Shown here piece after piece: positions 36,076 through 48,650 of a stretch of DNA of 64,000 bases. The translations under genes and the position numbers were made by a program. The stretch comes from Octopus vulgaris. Its lineage: Eukaryota. Numbering within the stretch: the first letter of the stretch is position 1; every line of letters begins with the position of its first letter. The stretch is taken from positions 84,692,001 through 84,756,000 of the forward strand of contig OX597817.1 in the NCBI GenBank assembly GCA_951406725.2, in the 5' to 3' direction. The notes under the pieces were generated by a model. That model was not told the origin of the DNA. It ran no database searches and saw only the letters and a program-made list of their open reading frames with translations.

Positions 36076-37249
36076 CGAAATAATTAAGAAATTTTAACCT
36101 AAATATAACAAGAGTTATGTCCCCTGACCAATTGTGTCCCTTTTAATAGTATGATTTCAGGTTACCATCGCTGTCTTATTTAGGAATGATAAGCGATCCA
36201 TAAGAAACGTATGCAATTAAATAATTGTCTATGATATGGATTTCAAATCCTAAGGTACCCCTAACTGGACCAGTAGACTATATTAATAACAGTATTTATT
36301 CTTTCACTTCTGATATTCTATGGAAACTTTCAATACTACTTATTCTTTTACTTGTTAGTCATTTGACTGCGGCCATGCTGGAGCACTGCATTAAAGGGTT
36401 TTAGTCGAAGAAATCAACCCCAGGACTAGTACTTATTCCATCAGTCACTTTTGCCAAACTGCTAAGTTACGGGGGCATAAACACACCAGTATTGGTTGTC
36501 AAGCAATGGTGGGGGAACAAACACACACAAATATATACACACGTGCGCACACATACACACACACACACATATAAACGACGGGCTTCTTTCAGTTTCCGTC
36601 TACCAAATCCACTCACAAGACTTGGGTCGGCCCGAGGCTACAGGAGAAGACTCTTGCCCAAGTTGCCCATATATATATATATATATACATACATCTTTTA
36701 GCTTTTATCTGTTACTTGTTTCAGTTGATAGACTGCAGCCATGCTGGGGCACTGCCTTGAAGAATTTTAGTGGATTAAATTGACCCCAGTATTTATAATT
36801 TTTGTAAAACCTGACACTTATTCCATCAGTCTCATGCCGAACCACTAAGTTGTCAAGTGTTGGTGAGAGACAAACACATAGTTATGTATATGTTTATATA
36901 CATCTGGCAGATTTATTCATAAGGCATTTCCATCTGGCAGATTTATTCATAAGGCTTTGGTCAACCCAAGACTATTGTAGAAGATACTTGCCCAGGTGGC
37001 ATGCAGTGGGACTGAACCCAGAACCATGTGGTTTGGAACCAAACTTCTTACCACACAGCCATGCCTGCACCCCTTGTTAAATATATTTATGTGTGTGTGT
37101 GTATATATATATAGAGAGAGAGAGGTGAGGGGACAGACAGCTAGAAATAAATATAAAAAAGATAAAGATCCTTCTTGAGTCATATAAACTCATAGGGCTG
37201 GTTTCCATAGTATATATGGAAAAGCATATCTCTAAAATTGTCAAGAAGG

Positions 37250-37805
37250 CCGAGGGTGTCTTGGCATCACAGCCGCTCTCCAGCCATCTATTTAAAACTG
37301 TATACAGCTATGGTACGACCACACTTGGAATTTGCATCATCAGTTTGGAATCCCTATCTTGCTCAGAACATTGACCTCCTGGAATCTGTCCAGAGACGTG
37401 CAACCAAACGCATACCCTCCATCAGACACCTACCATACTCTGAGCGCCTTGTTTCCCTGGGCATGGATTCACTGAAGCTCCGGCGTCTGGCAACGGACTT
37501 GGTAAACACCCACAAGGTTATCAACCACCTCACCAACAACAACACTGAACACCTTTTTGATCTCCATGTGTCTAACACACGTGGACATGCCTACAAAGTC
37601 AGAAAACAACACAGCTCCCATGACTTTCGGAAACATTTTTTCACGCTCAGAGTTGCTGAAGCATGGAATAAACTGCCTGCGTCAGTTGTTGACTGCCATG
37701 ACACTACATCCTTTAAGGCCCTCATGCTTTCCGAAATCTGCCGAAACTACACCTGATTATATATACACTTTAGATGAGTTGTAGTGCACCTGAGCACTGT
37801 GCACA

Positions 37806-37840
<35 letters not shown>
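37250..37840 (+). mobile_element. CR1/L2-like LINE 3' end with (ATT)n tail
   Basis: LYTAMVRPHLEFASSVWNPY...LESVQRRATK...TRGH...FFTLRVAEAWNKLP. Confidence 0.85.
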
Positions 37841-37846
<6 letters not shown>

Positions 37847-40800
37847 TCCCCACCTGGACAGGACTGGAGCAATGTGAAATGAAGTGTTTTGCTCAAGAAC
37901 ACAATGCATCACCTGGTCCAGGAATTGAAACCAAACTCTTACAATCATGAGTCCAACACCCTAACCACTAAGCCACATGCTTCCACTAAAAATAAATATA
38001 TATATATATGAAATTTGTTTAGACATATGTATATAGGGGCAAGTATGTGTGTGTGTGAAGCATTTGTTCCAATCTAAGAGATTGCAAAGATTATTAGGAA
38101 TATCAATATGTGACATAGTTTTCTTCTTTCTATCATTGATAAACAAATCATTATTGTTGTTTATGATATTGAACTGCAGTCAATGAGTAGTTTGAGTGTA
38201 AATATTTGTTTTTGTTAATTGTAAATCAACTCTATATAATTAAAAGTTTACAGTTTTAAGCTTAAGCTTCTGCATTTCTTTTGAATCTGGTTTAATACAT
38301 TTTGTTTTTGTTTTAATTCTATTTGTTAATGTGAAAGAGAAGGCTATGTTCACGTCCCTGACCTACCACCACCACCACATAGAATAGGCAGAAAGGATAA
38401 GTGAAGTTTATGTTTACATTTGTAAATATTTATTCTATTTTTGTATCATGGGAGTTTTCTTACAGCAGCAGAAATAATTTCAGTTAGAATAAATAAATAA
38501 ATAAATAACAGCACGTCCTATTTAAAGTTGAAGCAGTCTGACATATTTTCAGAAATACTTAAAATTCAGTGTGGATGGTGTGAAATGAAATAATCTAAAA
38601 ACCAAATTAGATTCACTTGGGAAATTAACTAGTCTTCTGAGTGTAACAGATAAAGTGTTGTAGTTTTACAATTGCCTCGAGAGAATTTTTAAAGTTAGTT
38701 GTTTATAGACATCTGGTCTATATGTACACTTATTAACCCTACTCAGAGATATTGTTGGCATTTAGTAAATAAATTCATTTTAATTTTCTTTATCATTTTT
38801 GAAGGTTGATCTCAAAATGCTGAACCTTACAAAGGAGATGACAGAGGGATAAGATATGTGGTGTATTGCTGTACTTGAGAAATCCCACCCACCATAATGG
38901 AATTGAGATCCTAAGACAAAAGTGTCACATAAAAAGCATTGATATGGGTGCTGGTGCCACCTAAAAAGCACTGATGCTGGTGCCACTTAAAAAGCAACTG
39001 AGCTAGTGCCACATAAAAAGAACCCAGTACACTCTGTGGGAAAGTTGGTGTTAGGAAGGGCATCCAGCTGTAGAAACCAAGACAAACAAACTATGGAATT
39101 TGGAGTGGCCCCTGGCCTTACCAGTTCCTGTCAAGCCATCCAATCCATGCCAGTATGGAAAACAGACATTGATGATGATGATTTCACAAGATATCCACTG
39201 TCCAGATGGTATTCCTTTCTTCCATTTCTCTGAGAGAAGCAGGCACAGGTATGGCTGTGTAGTTAAGAAGCTTGCTTCCCAACCACATAGTTTCAGGTCC
39301 AGTCTCATTACGCAGCACCTTGGGCCAGTATTTTCTACTACAGCTGACCAAAGCCTCATAAATGACTTTAGTAAGTAGAAAACCCAAGCAAGTTTACACA
39401 AAAGATTAAAAACAAAAGACACTACTTGAATGATGTGACACTTGCTCACAGCTATCAAGTGATATGTGTGTGTGTGTATATGAATATTGTTATGAGTGGA
39501 TTTCATTTGGGCTTATAGATTCGAAATTGAATCTATACACTTCCCCTTTAAATTACAACAGCATTTTCTCATGGAGGAACAATGCTTGACACCAATTACA
39601 TTGAACACATAGCCTTACCAAGTCAATTTATGTCTTTACCACTTAACCTTTTTGACTTCTTCTATGCCACCAAAAGCAGTTTTCCCCATTGTCCTCGGAG
39701 ATATGAATCTCTCTTACTTGCTGTTCTGCGATAATTATAAATACTAAGATCCTGCAAGGACAAGTTAGTTGCTGAAAGGAGTTGGTGAAAAGAAGACAAC
39801 TATGATACAGCTTTCGCTGGCTCACATTTCAATGGCAAATGTCATTTTGTCTTTCTCCACTGCTGCTAAAATGACAGGCAGAATGATACCACCATTGTCT
39901 CCCTCTTCTATTCACTGTTACTCTATCTTTCTCTTTGACTTACTGCTGCAAATACGACCAAAACAGTAAACAACAACACAAGAAGATAAAAAGAGCAACC
40001 TCCTTTTTGTTTTGACCAGCATTTTGGGTCCCATAGAGGCAATGGCAAGTGATCAAGATCTTTGGTGTTTTGCTGTGCTTGAGAAGACATGTCAAGTCAA
40101 GTGAAATTGAAGTCATAGCTGGTACCAGTGACACATAAAAGGTACCCATGCCAATGACACATGAAAGGCACCCACTATGGTCTTGGAGTGGTTGGTATTA
40201 GGAAAGGCATTTGACCATAGAATGGAACTTGGTTTAGTTCTCTGGCTTACCAGTTCCAGTCAAAACATCCAACCCATGCCAGTATGGAAAGCAAAAACTA
40301 AATTATGATGATGATGATGATATACATATCTACAATGGGCTTCCTTTAGTTTCTCTTTACCAATACCACTAAAGGTCTTGTAAAAGATACTTGCTCAAGG
40401 TGCCATGCAGTGGGACTGTCAACAAATTATGTCTTTGCCTTGTGCCTTTGAAGACATGTAAAATATGAGAAAAACAGGTAAGGATTAGCAACAAGAAGGA
40501 CATCAGCTGTAAAACAATGCCAGCATGAAAAAATATACTGGAGGAAGAGTATGAAGAGAAGGAAAAAAGGTGAGGGCTGGTGACAGAAAGGGCATCTGGC
40601 TGTAGGAAATGTGCTTCAATGAACTTCATCTGACCCATGCAAGTGTGGAAAAATAGACATTAAATTGGTAGTAAATGATTGTTACTTCTTTTTTTTTTTT
40701 TGCATGTAACAGATAAGTCAATCCCAATAACTCACCTGGTATCTTAATGTTCATATACTTGGATACTTCATTAAAAACAATTTTACTGTTCACAATTGTA

Positions 40801-41396
40801 ATAACAACTCTTGAGTATCAGGTTCAACTCCATATAATGTGCGAAGCGACCAGCATTCAGGTGGCAAGAAAGGCCATGGAGGCCTGTGTAATCGAGGAGC
40901 CTGCCACAACAACAGATCAAACCTGTGCATACGTCAGCTTCCACTCTGAGGGCAATGGAGACACAAAGTTTGTCCAAGCTGAGTAGGCCACCAACAGTAG
41001 CCACAAGAATGGCATTAATCCAGTCACCTGAGTATTTGGCACTAGTAAGCGACACCTTGAAAACTGGTCCAGCTTGATGAAGAGGGAGTTGAAGGTGGCC
41101 TTCGAAATTATGTTGTTCCAAGCACTCTGAGTCCGACAGTCCTTCACCTTCTCAGGAGCAGACAAGCCCAATTCTCTCCAGTGTTGGAGAGCTTCATTCA
41201 AATCCCTGTTGGAACTGGTCCATGTTGGAGAGGAGAGATGTTGATCACCAGGATGGAGTAGGTGTGGGTGGAGGAAAGGAAGCAGGGGAGAGAGGGACGA
41301 ACACTTACAAAGAAAATGACCTCCAAATCGCTTGGGCAATGCAGCCCAATTGCAGGACATTGGAGAGAGTCTTACATTAACTAAGCATTTGAGTCT

Positions 41397-41675
41397 TGTA
41401 GTGAGTGCGCGATTTGAATATAGAGGCACCTACCTTCTCTTCGTAGTGACGGAGACCCTCCAATGATGACTAGTCCTTCCTCACAGCCCCGACTCGAACA
41501 CTAACGATAGCAGCTGCTAGCCCAAACCCTTAGCGACGTCCTCACACGTCTTGTCACCTGCACGACCCACGTTGGAAAGAGGGCAATTTCCGCTCCCTGC
41601 GCACGCCTGACCGCTGACCCCTTCCGCTTGCCCCAGCTTCCGGTCAATGCACCCGGCTGCTGACGTCATCCCACA
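41397..41675 (-). repeat. 3' LTR
   Basis: Direct repeat of 44859-45137 with about 10 substitutions. Confidence 0.95.
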
Positions 41676-41769
41676 CGCCACCCTGATCTTAAAGATCACA
41701 ATCTCTCCGCTCCATGTTGTACTCCACCATCCAACCGGTAGAGCGCCTTGGTGCCTCTCCACGATCCCG

Positions 41770-42750
41770 TTACCGCTCATTCCACCGATCAAGCATAACC
41801 CTCAATGCTTCCGAACGAAACGCCGCCCCGTTGTCCATCAGTAGTTCTTCCACGGGACCTCTCTCTAAAAATATCCCGTTCAGGATCTGCACGATCTCGT
41901 CAGCAATGCCCGATCTCAACTCCCTCCAAATGGCCAGCCGGCCCAGCCCACAGTCGACCATGGAGAGGTACATTCGCTGACGGTAGTGTGTCACATCCAC
42001 AGCTAGCCTTTTCCAGTTCTGCTCCACGGAAAGGCTTCCCTGTTCATGCCCACACGGAGTAGGGTCGATGGACTGACACCTGTCGCAGCTCCCGACCACC
42101 TTCCGGACGCTTCTCCTAGTGACGTCAGCATCAATTTTTTTTGCCTGATACAGGGTCCTGTCCACACCCAGGTGATGCATAGCATGCAGTTTCTTCAGTT
42201 CAGAGTCATCCAACCGACACGCCGCAGCTATCCCTTTCCGGGCCTCCTCCGGTTCTTCCAACCACGCTCTTTTCACCCTGGTCAGTACGTCCGCCCTGTT
42301 TTTCTCCGAAGGCACGAAAACCACGTTCAGCTTCAGTCCGAATTCAGCGATCAATTCACCTAGAACTCCTAGACAGCGCTTCACTAACATCTCCGCAGCA
42401 CCTTTCGTCCGCACTCTCCTGTCACCAGTGATAAGCGATCCTACCCAGCCAAGCACAGTGGCCGAATCCGTCCGCATTTCAATCGTGCGCAGCCCCCATT
42501 TCAAGGCCAAGTTCACCCCTTTCAGCAGCGCGTCTAATTCGGCGACATTGATGTGGTTGAAATCATCTGCTTTCCGAAGCCAGGCCGCGTCCTCCACCGC
42601 AGTGCCTTCGATTGCCAACACCACCCCTATCGCTATACACCAGACGGTCCTACATTTCGTCTTGGGCACGTACCAGTTCCCCCTGACCGGGTCTTCCGCT
42701 CTTGTCCTCTCTAGGATCTCCTGCATCATCGCCACCGTCCCTTCTCCCAC
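41770..42750 (-). pseudogene. Gypsy pol fragment: RNase H and truncated integrase
   Basis: INVAELDA, RTDS, NRADVLTR, H..HH...CDRC, LAVDVT and LMDNG motifs. Confidence 0.88.
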
Positions 42751-43004
42751 CTCTCTCCTTCTGCTCGTCTCTTGGTGTAACTACACGCCGTGCGCAGCCA
42801 TCCAGCGATCGGGTAGTGACCGACCAACTTCCCACACACCGAGAACAGCTCTCTCCTGCTGATGCTGGAACTCAGCTCTGGGATTTCATTTCCTCTCCGG
42901 AACACCAATTCACCTGATCCATCTCTTCGCAGCTTCAGCCCCAGCGCGGCTCCCCCTTCAATCGACTCCGGTGGCTTAGCAATCAGTCCGAACTTCTCCA
43001 GATG

Positions 43005-44105
43005 TCAAACTACCTCGTCGGCTGGCACTACAGTTTCGTCCACCAAAATGTCATCAATGTAGGAGCTGGTGGCCTTTCTAATCTTGCCGTCTTTCCCTAG
43101 GACGGACCTAAGCACTGCCGCCATGATCTTCGGAGCGGAATTCAGCCCGAAACCCAGCCTGGTTAGACAGTACGTCCAGCCCTTGTACCGCACCAGCTGA
43201 TATCGCCATAGTTTGTCGCTCACATGGAGCTGCAAGTATGCCGATCTCAAGTCGACAATCGTCGCAGCCTCAGTCGACTGTCTCCACTTACGTAATGCCT
43301 CACCACAAATGTCTGTCGCCTCACCTCCCGTGTGACACGATATGTGCTGGTTTAGCTCCCTGAAGTCCAGCACCGGTCTGACTTTTCCCTTCGTAGGCTG
43401 CACCACCGCCATCAGGGGTAGCACTCCGCCCGCTACCTCCTCCTTCCAAGGGACAAGGACCCCTTCCTCGATCCACCACTCCACCTCGTCTTCAAACTCG
43501 ACCCTGGCGTGGCCTTTCAGGGTATGCTGGTAACAGCTCACCCTGTTCTCCAGCGTCGGGGGCTCGTCCTTCCATCGCCACTCTATCGTCCACCGCTGAC
43601 CATCGAACGCCGCCTGAAAGTCTTTGTCCTCAATGGTGTAAGCGGCGCAGTCCCTCGCGGGGCTCTGCTCTCTCTGGCGATCCTGACTCGCAGTGCACGA
43701 CGCCCTCACGCTTCCGAACGTGATCTCATTTCCCACAACACTGACGCCACCGAGGCAGTTGATGGCGTCCATCCCCATTACCACATCAACTCCATCTATC
43801 ACGCGTTCGGTCACAATTGCCTGCAGCCTTAGCGTCGCGCCGCGCACCACTATCTCTACCTTGCTGCTGCCTCTGCAACGGATTTCGCTGCCGTCGACCG
43901 CCCGGACACTACTCACCCCGTTCCATTCCTTCGTCACCCTCAAAGTCACCAGGGTGGTCGTACAGCCCGTATCCACAAGGGCCTTGAACGTCTCCCCCTC
44001 GGCCTCCAGGTCAATCAATGGCAGCGTCTCCAATAGCGCCTCTACTCGTTTGAGGGGAAAGTTCGAGAGGCAGCAACTTCCCCGCGGTCGTTTCCCTGGT
44101 CGCAA
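43005..44105 (-). pseudogene. Gypsy pol fragment: aspartic protease and RT
   Basis: FKALVDTGC, VRPVLDFRELN, IVDLRSAYLQ, LGFGLNSAP and YIDD motifs. Confidence 0.9.
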
Positions 44106-44858
44106 TCACGGGCAGTGTGCCCTGTCTGCCTGCATCGATAGCAAACGGGCCCCGGCTGCGTACAGTCCCGCGCCATGTCCGCTCTGGCATCTAAAACACC
44201 GTCCTGAGAATGGCCGCTCTCGCTGCACGGTGAGCTTCTGTACATCTTTCTCAGGACGTCGTCCGTCTTTACGCGCCTCCGTCACCGCCATCGCTATCGC
44301 CTTCCGCCCAGAGTGTCTCGTCAACGCACGAGCCTGAGCTACAAGTTCGCTCAATGGCATCTTTTTAACCCCGGGCAGTCGTTGTAGGTGAATCCCTACA
44401 TCGTCGGGGAACCCATTCACGAACGCCAGTCGGGCTGCTCTCTCCAGTCCTTCTCCGGCAAACCCGGAGTCGCTAGCCTTCTAGCTTCTATGCAAAGTCG
44501 TCCACTTGGCCTCCCGTCCACCTGATTGCACCTAGCTTAGCGAAAGCTGTGTACTTGCATTCCGTGTAGGCGTCACACAAGCGTCGCTCTATATTCTGAC
44601 CATCGAACGCCGCCTGATGGTCCGTTCCTCTTCATCCATCTCTAGGTAGAGCGTCAACGCGCTCCCTTCCAAATACAGCGCCACAAGACTCGCCACGTCG
44701 CTTATGCCCTGCAGTCTCGCCACCAGCCTGATTTTGCGAATCCAGGCCACTACATCGCCTTCGCCATTAAAAGGTCTGACGACGTCACTGGCGATCCTAA
44801 TTTTTGCAGACATCGTGTTGAAAAAAAATGTGAATGTTTAAGAACGGCCAAAATAGCT

Positions 44859-45137
44859 TGTGGTGAGTGCGCAATTTGAATATAGAGGCACCTACCTTCT
44901 TTTCGTAGTGATGGAGACCCTCCAGTGATGACTAGTCCTTCCTCACAGCCCCGACCCGAATACTAACGATAGCAGCTGCTAGCCCAAACCCTTAGCGACG
45001 TCCTCACACGTCTTGTCACCTGCACGACCCACGTTGGAAAGAGGGCAATTTCTGCTCCCTGCGCATGCCTGACCGCTGACCCCTTCCGCTTGCCCCAGCT
45101 TCCGGTCAACGCACCCGGCTGCTGACGTCATCCCACA
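44859..45137 (-). repeat. 5' LTR
   Basis: Direct repeat of 41397-41675. Confidence 0.95.
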
Positions 45138-48100
45138 AGTCTCTCAAAGATTAGGTTGTCAAAGCATTGGAGGCACGATGGGAATCAGTAAGATGAGCTG
45201 ATTCTGAGTAAGTACAGAAGCTTGGGGATCAAGAGGTAATTCTTAGTTTTGAAAAAGCCTTGATGGTATTCAATAGCTTCAATATTTTTCAGCAATTGCT
45301 CAAGAGCAGGCACCTTCAACTGGAAGATGGACTCAAAGGCAAAGTCAGTGATTGGGGCTCCTAGAGAGCATCAAGCTGATGGGAGAGGGACTGCAATGGA
45401 AGGGAAGGACTCTGCAAAAAAGTCAATAGTTGGTTGATGTTGAGAAGCTGGGTGGTTGAGGATTCAGAGCTGTTTACTTGGAGACCCCAGTGACCAAGTT
45501 CCCCAACCATCATGTTTGCAATGGCAAAAACCCTGTCCAGAGGTCCCCCCAAACAAGCATCATCGAGATACCAGATGTTGAGGTTTAGCTCAACCCCCAA
45601 CTTGGTGATGTCATCAATGCCTAGTGCGAACAGAGCAGGCCCAAGTGGGTCACCCTGTTGGACTCCTGAGGTGGGAACCTGATACTCAAGAGGAGCTTGG
45701 CCCAGGCAAACACCCCCTCCATTTTGGAACCATCTAGTTGCAAGGCAGATGCCTTGTCTGGGATGTCACAGTTAGCGACTCCTTTGCTTCTTCTCACATC
45801 CTAAATGCTGTGGTCAGGGTGAGATCCACAGCTCCTGTGGCCGAGTGGAACAAAATCCTGAAATACCGTCATCTGTTGGCCAACTACATTTTCCATCCTG
45901 TGGCGTTCGAGATGTTTGGTGGGGTCAGGCCACTAACTGCGAGATTACTGTCTTCACTGGCAACTTGCCTTGCAGAGGCAACTGGTGAGGCTCATGAGGG
46001 TGCTTGGCTGTTCCAGTGCATCGGCCTTGCCATCACCCACAGCAACACTGCAAGCGTGCTGGTGTGCCTCAATAACCATTAGATAGGTTTCCCAGTGCCC
46101 CTAACTATTCAACCCAAGGTGGTGAATTGCTTTGGTTTTTTTCTCTTTAATTTTTTCAATTGTGTTCTCTGTTTTGTCCAATTTTCTAATTAAATTTTGT
46201 AAAACGGTTAGTTATTATTTGTATATGCATATTATTGAAAGTTTATGAAAGTCTATTACTATAAAAAAAAAATAACAACTCGGGCGTACACAGGAGTAGG
46301 TTTTAAAATCACTGCTGCAATCTAATTGTAAATATTTTGTTACAAAACAACTTGAGTCCTTCATTAGTTGAAAGCTTTAAGTAATATATTAGATTTAGTT
46401 GAGGCGACCTGCGGGCAAAATCGTTTGGGTGGCGGGAAAATTATTTCAATAATTTATTCGATTTATTTACGATCCGAGTTCAAATCCTGCCGAGGTCAAC
46501 TTTACCTTTGCCCACCCCTCCTCTGGAGTTAATACGGTACCAGTCAATTACTGGAATCGATGTTATCAAACTAATCCTCTCTCCTCAAAATTGCTGGCCT
46601 TGTGTCTAAATTAAAAACCGTTATATTAGCATCAGTAAGCGAAAGGTTAACAAGTTCACTGCGTAACCACAAGGTCCCAGCTGCCGTCCTGCAGCATAGC
46701 TTTTTGGGCAAATGTAATTTTCTGTAACCCCAGGTCAACTCATATCTCGTGACTGAAACATTTTAGAAGCTCGTCAGCTGGGTTGTGCTTGTGATACACG
46801 TTGATTCTCCCTGAGACGTTAAAAGTGCACATGTCTGTATACGCACATCCAGGAGCAAGTAATTCAAATTGATCGAACAACTTAATCCTCAGCCTGAAAC
46901 GACGGTAGTCTGTCGTCACAACCGCTATTAGTGTTATCAATAGTCATTAGATAGCTTGGTCTGTAAATACTGAGTAATGACAAGAGGAAAGGCCTCTCTT
47001 TTTACTAGAAGGTTATATTTCTGTTCCTTGATATGAACATGGCTATTGGATTTATAGATTTTAAAAATCTGTCATACTAATATTAAACAAACGTGCTACT
47101 CCAGGTTTTTTCCCAATATTTTTATGCTCTGATTGAATGCATCAAACCAGTGTTGTCCATCACTCCTATTCAACAATCTAATATATGCTTTAGAATCTAA
47201 TTATCTAGTTTGTTATTCATAAATAATCGATATCATAAGCAGGTTTTCCAATTAATGTATTACTGTTAAGTAAAATGCATTAAATTAAACCTGCTTATAA
47301 AGGATAACATTTAAAAAGAAACTAGTATAAATTGTGAGCAATTAAGCATAACAAAAATATATTTTTGATTAACCCAAAGAAACAACCTTCAAATAATAAT
47401 ATAATACGGGACATTTTTATGCACCATGTACTAAATATGTGAAAGCGCTAAAGAAATCGATGACACTTAAGGCCTTCAATGGCATACATTAAAGATTCAT
47501 AGAAATGTTATTAAAGAATTATTTCAATAAAAGATGGAGTGAAGACTTTAAAAATAGATAAATAAATAAGGTAGAAGTGTGAAACAAAGAGATATAAAGA
47601 AAAGTAGTTAATGAAATACACATTACAAATTGAAGAGAAATAATATAAACAATGGAATATGTACAGTTTGGTACCCCAAACAGTTTGGTACATAACTTTT
47701 TTTAAAATGAATAATTTTGAAATCTTACAGACACGATTTCGAGGGTGTAGATTACGGTTATGTTGACAATATTACGAAAACAAATTTTAAGTTTCATATC
47801 ATTCTCCTTCTTTTGACATTGTCATCTCATAACTCTTTTTAAAATGCGCGTTTTTAAATGATATTTTTGCAGAAATATCTTGATTTTATCGACATAATTG
47901 TAACATATACATTCGGAAAAGTCGTCTCTCCATAATTTCATTTAAAAAATATGCTTTTTTTTTATCCGGGAAGTTACAAGGAATGAAAGGCGAAGATAGG
48001 ATACCAAATAGTTTTACTTACTTCCCCAAGTATCACACGATAGATAATTCTTTTAAAAAATTTACCTGCACAATAGCAATTCCAGGTTCATTGATCAATA

Positions 48101-48319
48101 AAACGTGAAATGTCACTGAAATGGTTTTTTTCTATTTTCCTACATTATCTTATGCGAACAGTGGGTCTATGTCTGGTAAACACATTGATCACAAACGCTA
48201 AGCAACATATTAATTTAATAACAAACCATATAACATGAATAATGTAATAAAAGGTTCGGAGATTGTTTTATTTTTATATACTTTCAATGAAGAATTATTA
48301 TAAATAATCATCATCGATT

Positions 48320-48524
48320 GTCAGTGGACGAGGAGCGGACATTGGAGAGCGGAAGTGTGTGAAGGGGCCGCGCTAGGATTGAACCGAAACCCGAGATAGT
48401 GAAAGTTACTGACAGCGTGACAGCGAATTTCTTTAGCTTTACACAGAATATCGATCTTCTTTTTTAGATATTTTTATGATATAAAAACAGAAAAAAATAG
48501 TGTTTATTAATCTTTTATCATAAA
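48320..48524 (+). promoter_or_regulatory. PCTP promoter/5' UTR
   Basis: CpG-rich patch with an ETS-like GCGGAAGT (~48349-48356). A YY1-like AAAATGGCGGC overlaps the ATG. Confidence 0.55.
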
Positions 48525-48650
48525 ATGGCGGCATTGTTTGAAGATTCGGAATTTACGGCAGCGTGTGAGGAATTAGACGAACCGAAATTAGAAGAATGGG
48601 AATTTTTTACCGAATCACACGGAATGAAAATCTACAGATCATATAATGCT
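48525..48650 (+). CDS. PCTP: Phosphatidylcholine transfer protein (START domain), exon 1
   Basis: MAALFEDSEFTAACEELDEPKLEEWEFFTESHGMKIYRSYNA. Donor GCT|GTGAGT, phase 0. Confidence 0.85.

Larger units (their letters stand above)
41397..45137 (-). mobile_element. Ty3/Gypsy LTR retrotransposon, decayed, with both LTRs
   Basis: 279-bp TG...CA LTRs and TSD AGTCT (41392-41396, 45138-45142). Domain order: gag (CCHC), PR (LVDTG), RT (YIDD), RNase H, IN (HHCC, partial DDE). Confidence 0.95.
40811..46270. mobile_element. CRE-clade (RLE) non-LTR retrotransposon with 5' inversion and nested Gypsy
   Basis: The - strand carries GVQQGDPLG and WYLDD RT motifs and a CCCG...HGLSC finger. The + strand 45675-46082 carries WDVT...K..KY...PVAFE, then poly(A). 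TSD AATAACAACTC at 40800-40810 and 46271-46281. Confidence 0.85.

Noticed and set aside
43693-44337. 214-aa + strand ORF
   Set aside because: Antisense shadow of the GC-rich Gypsy gag-pol.
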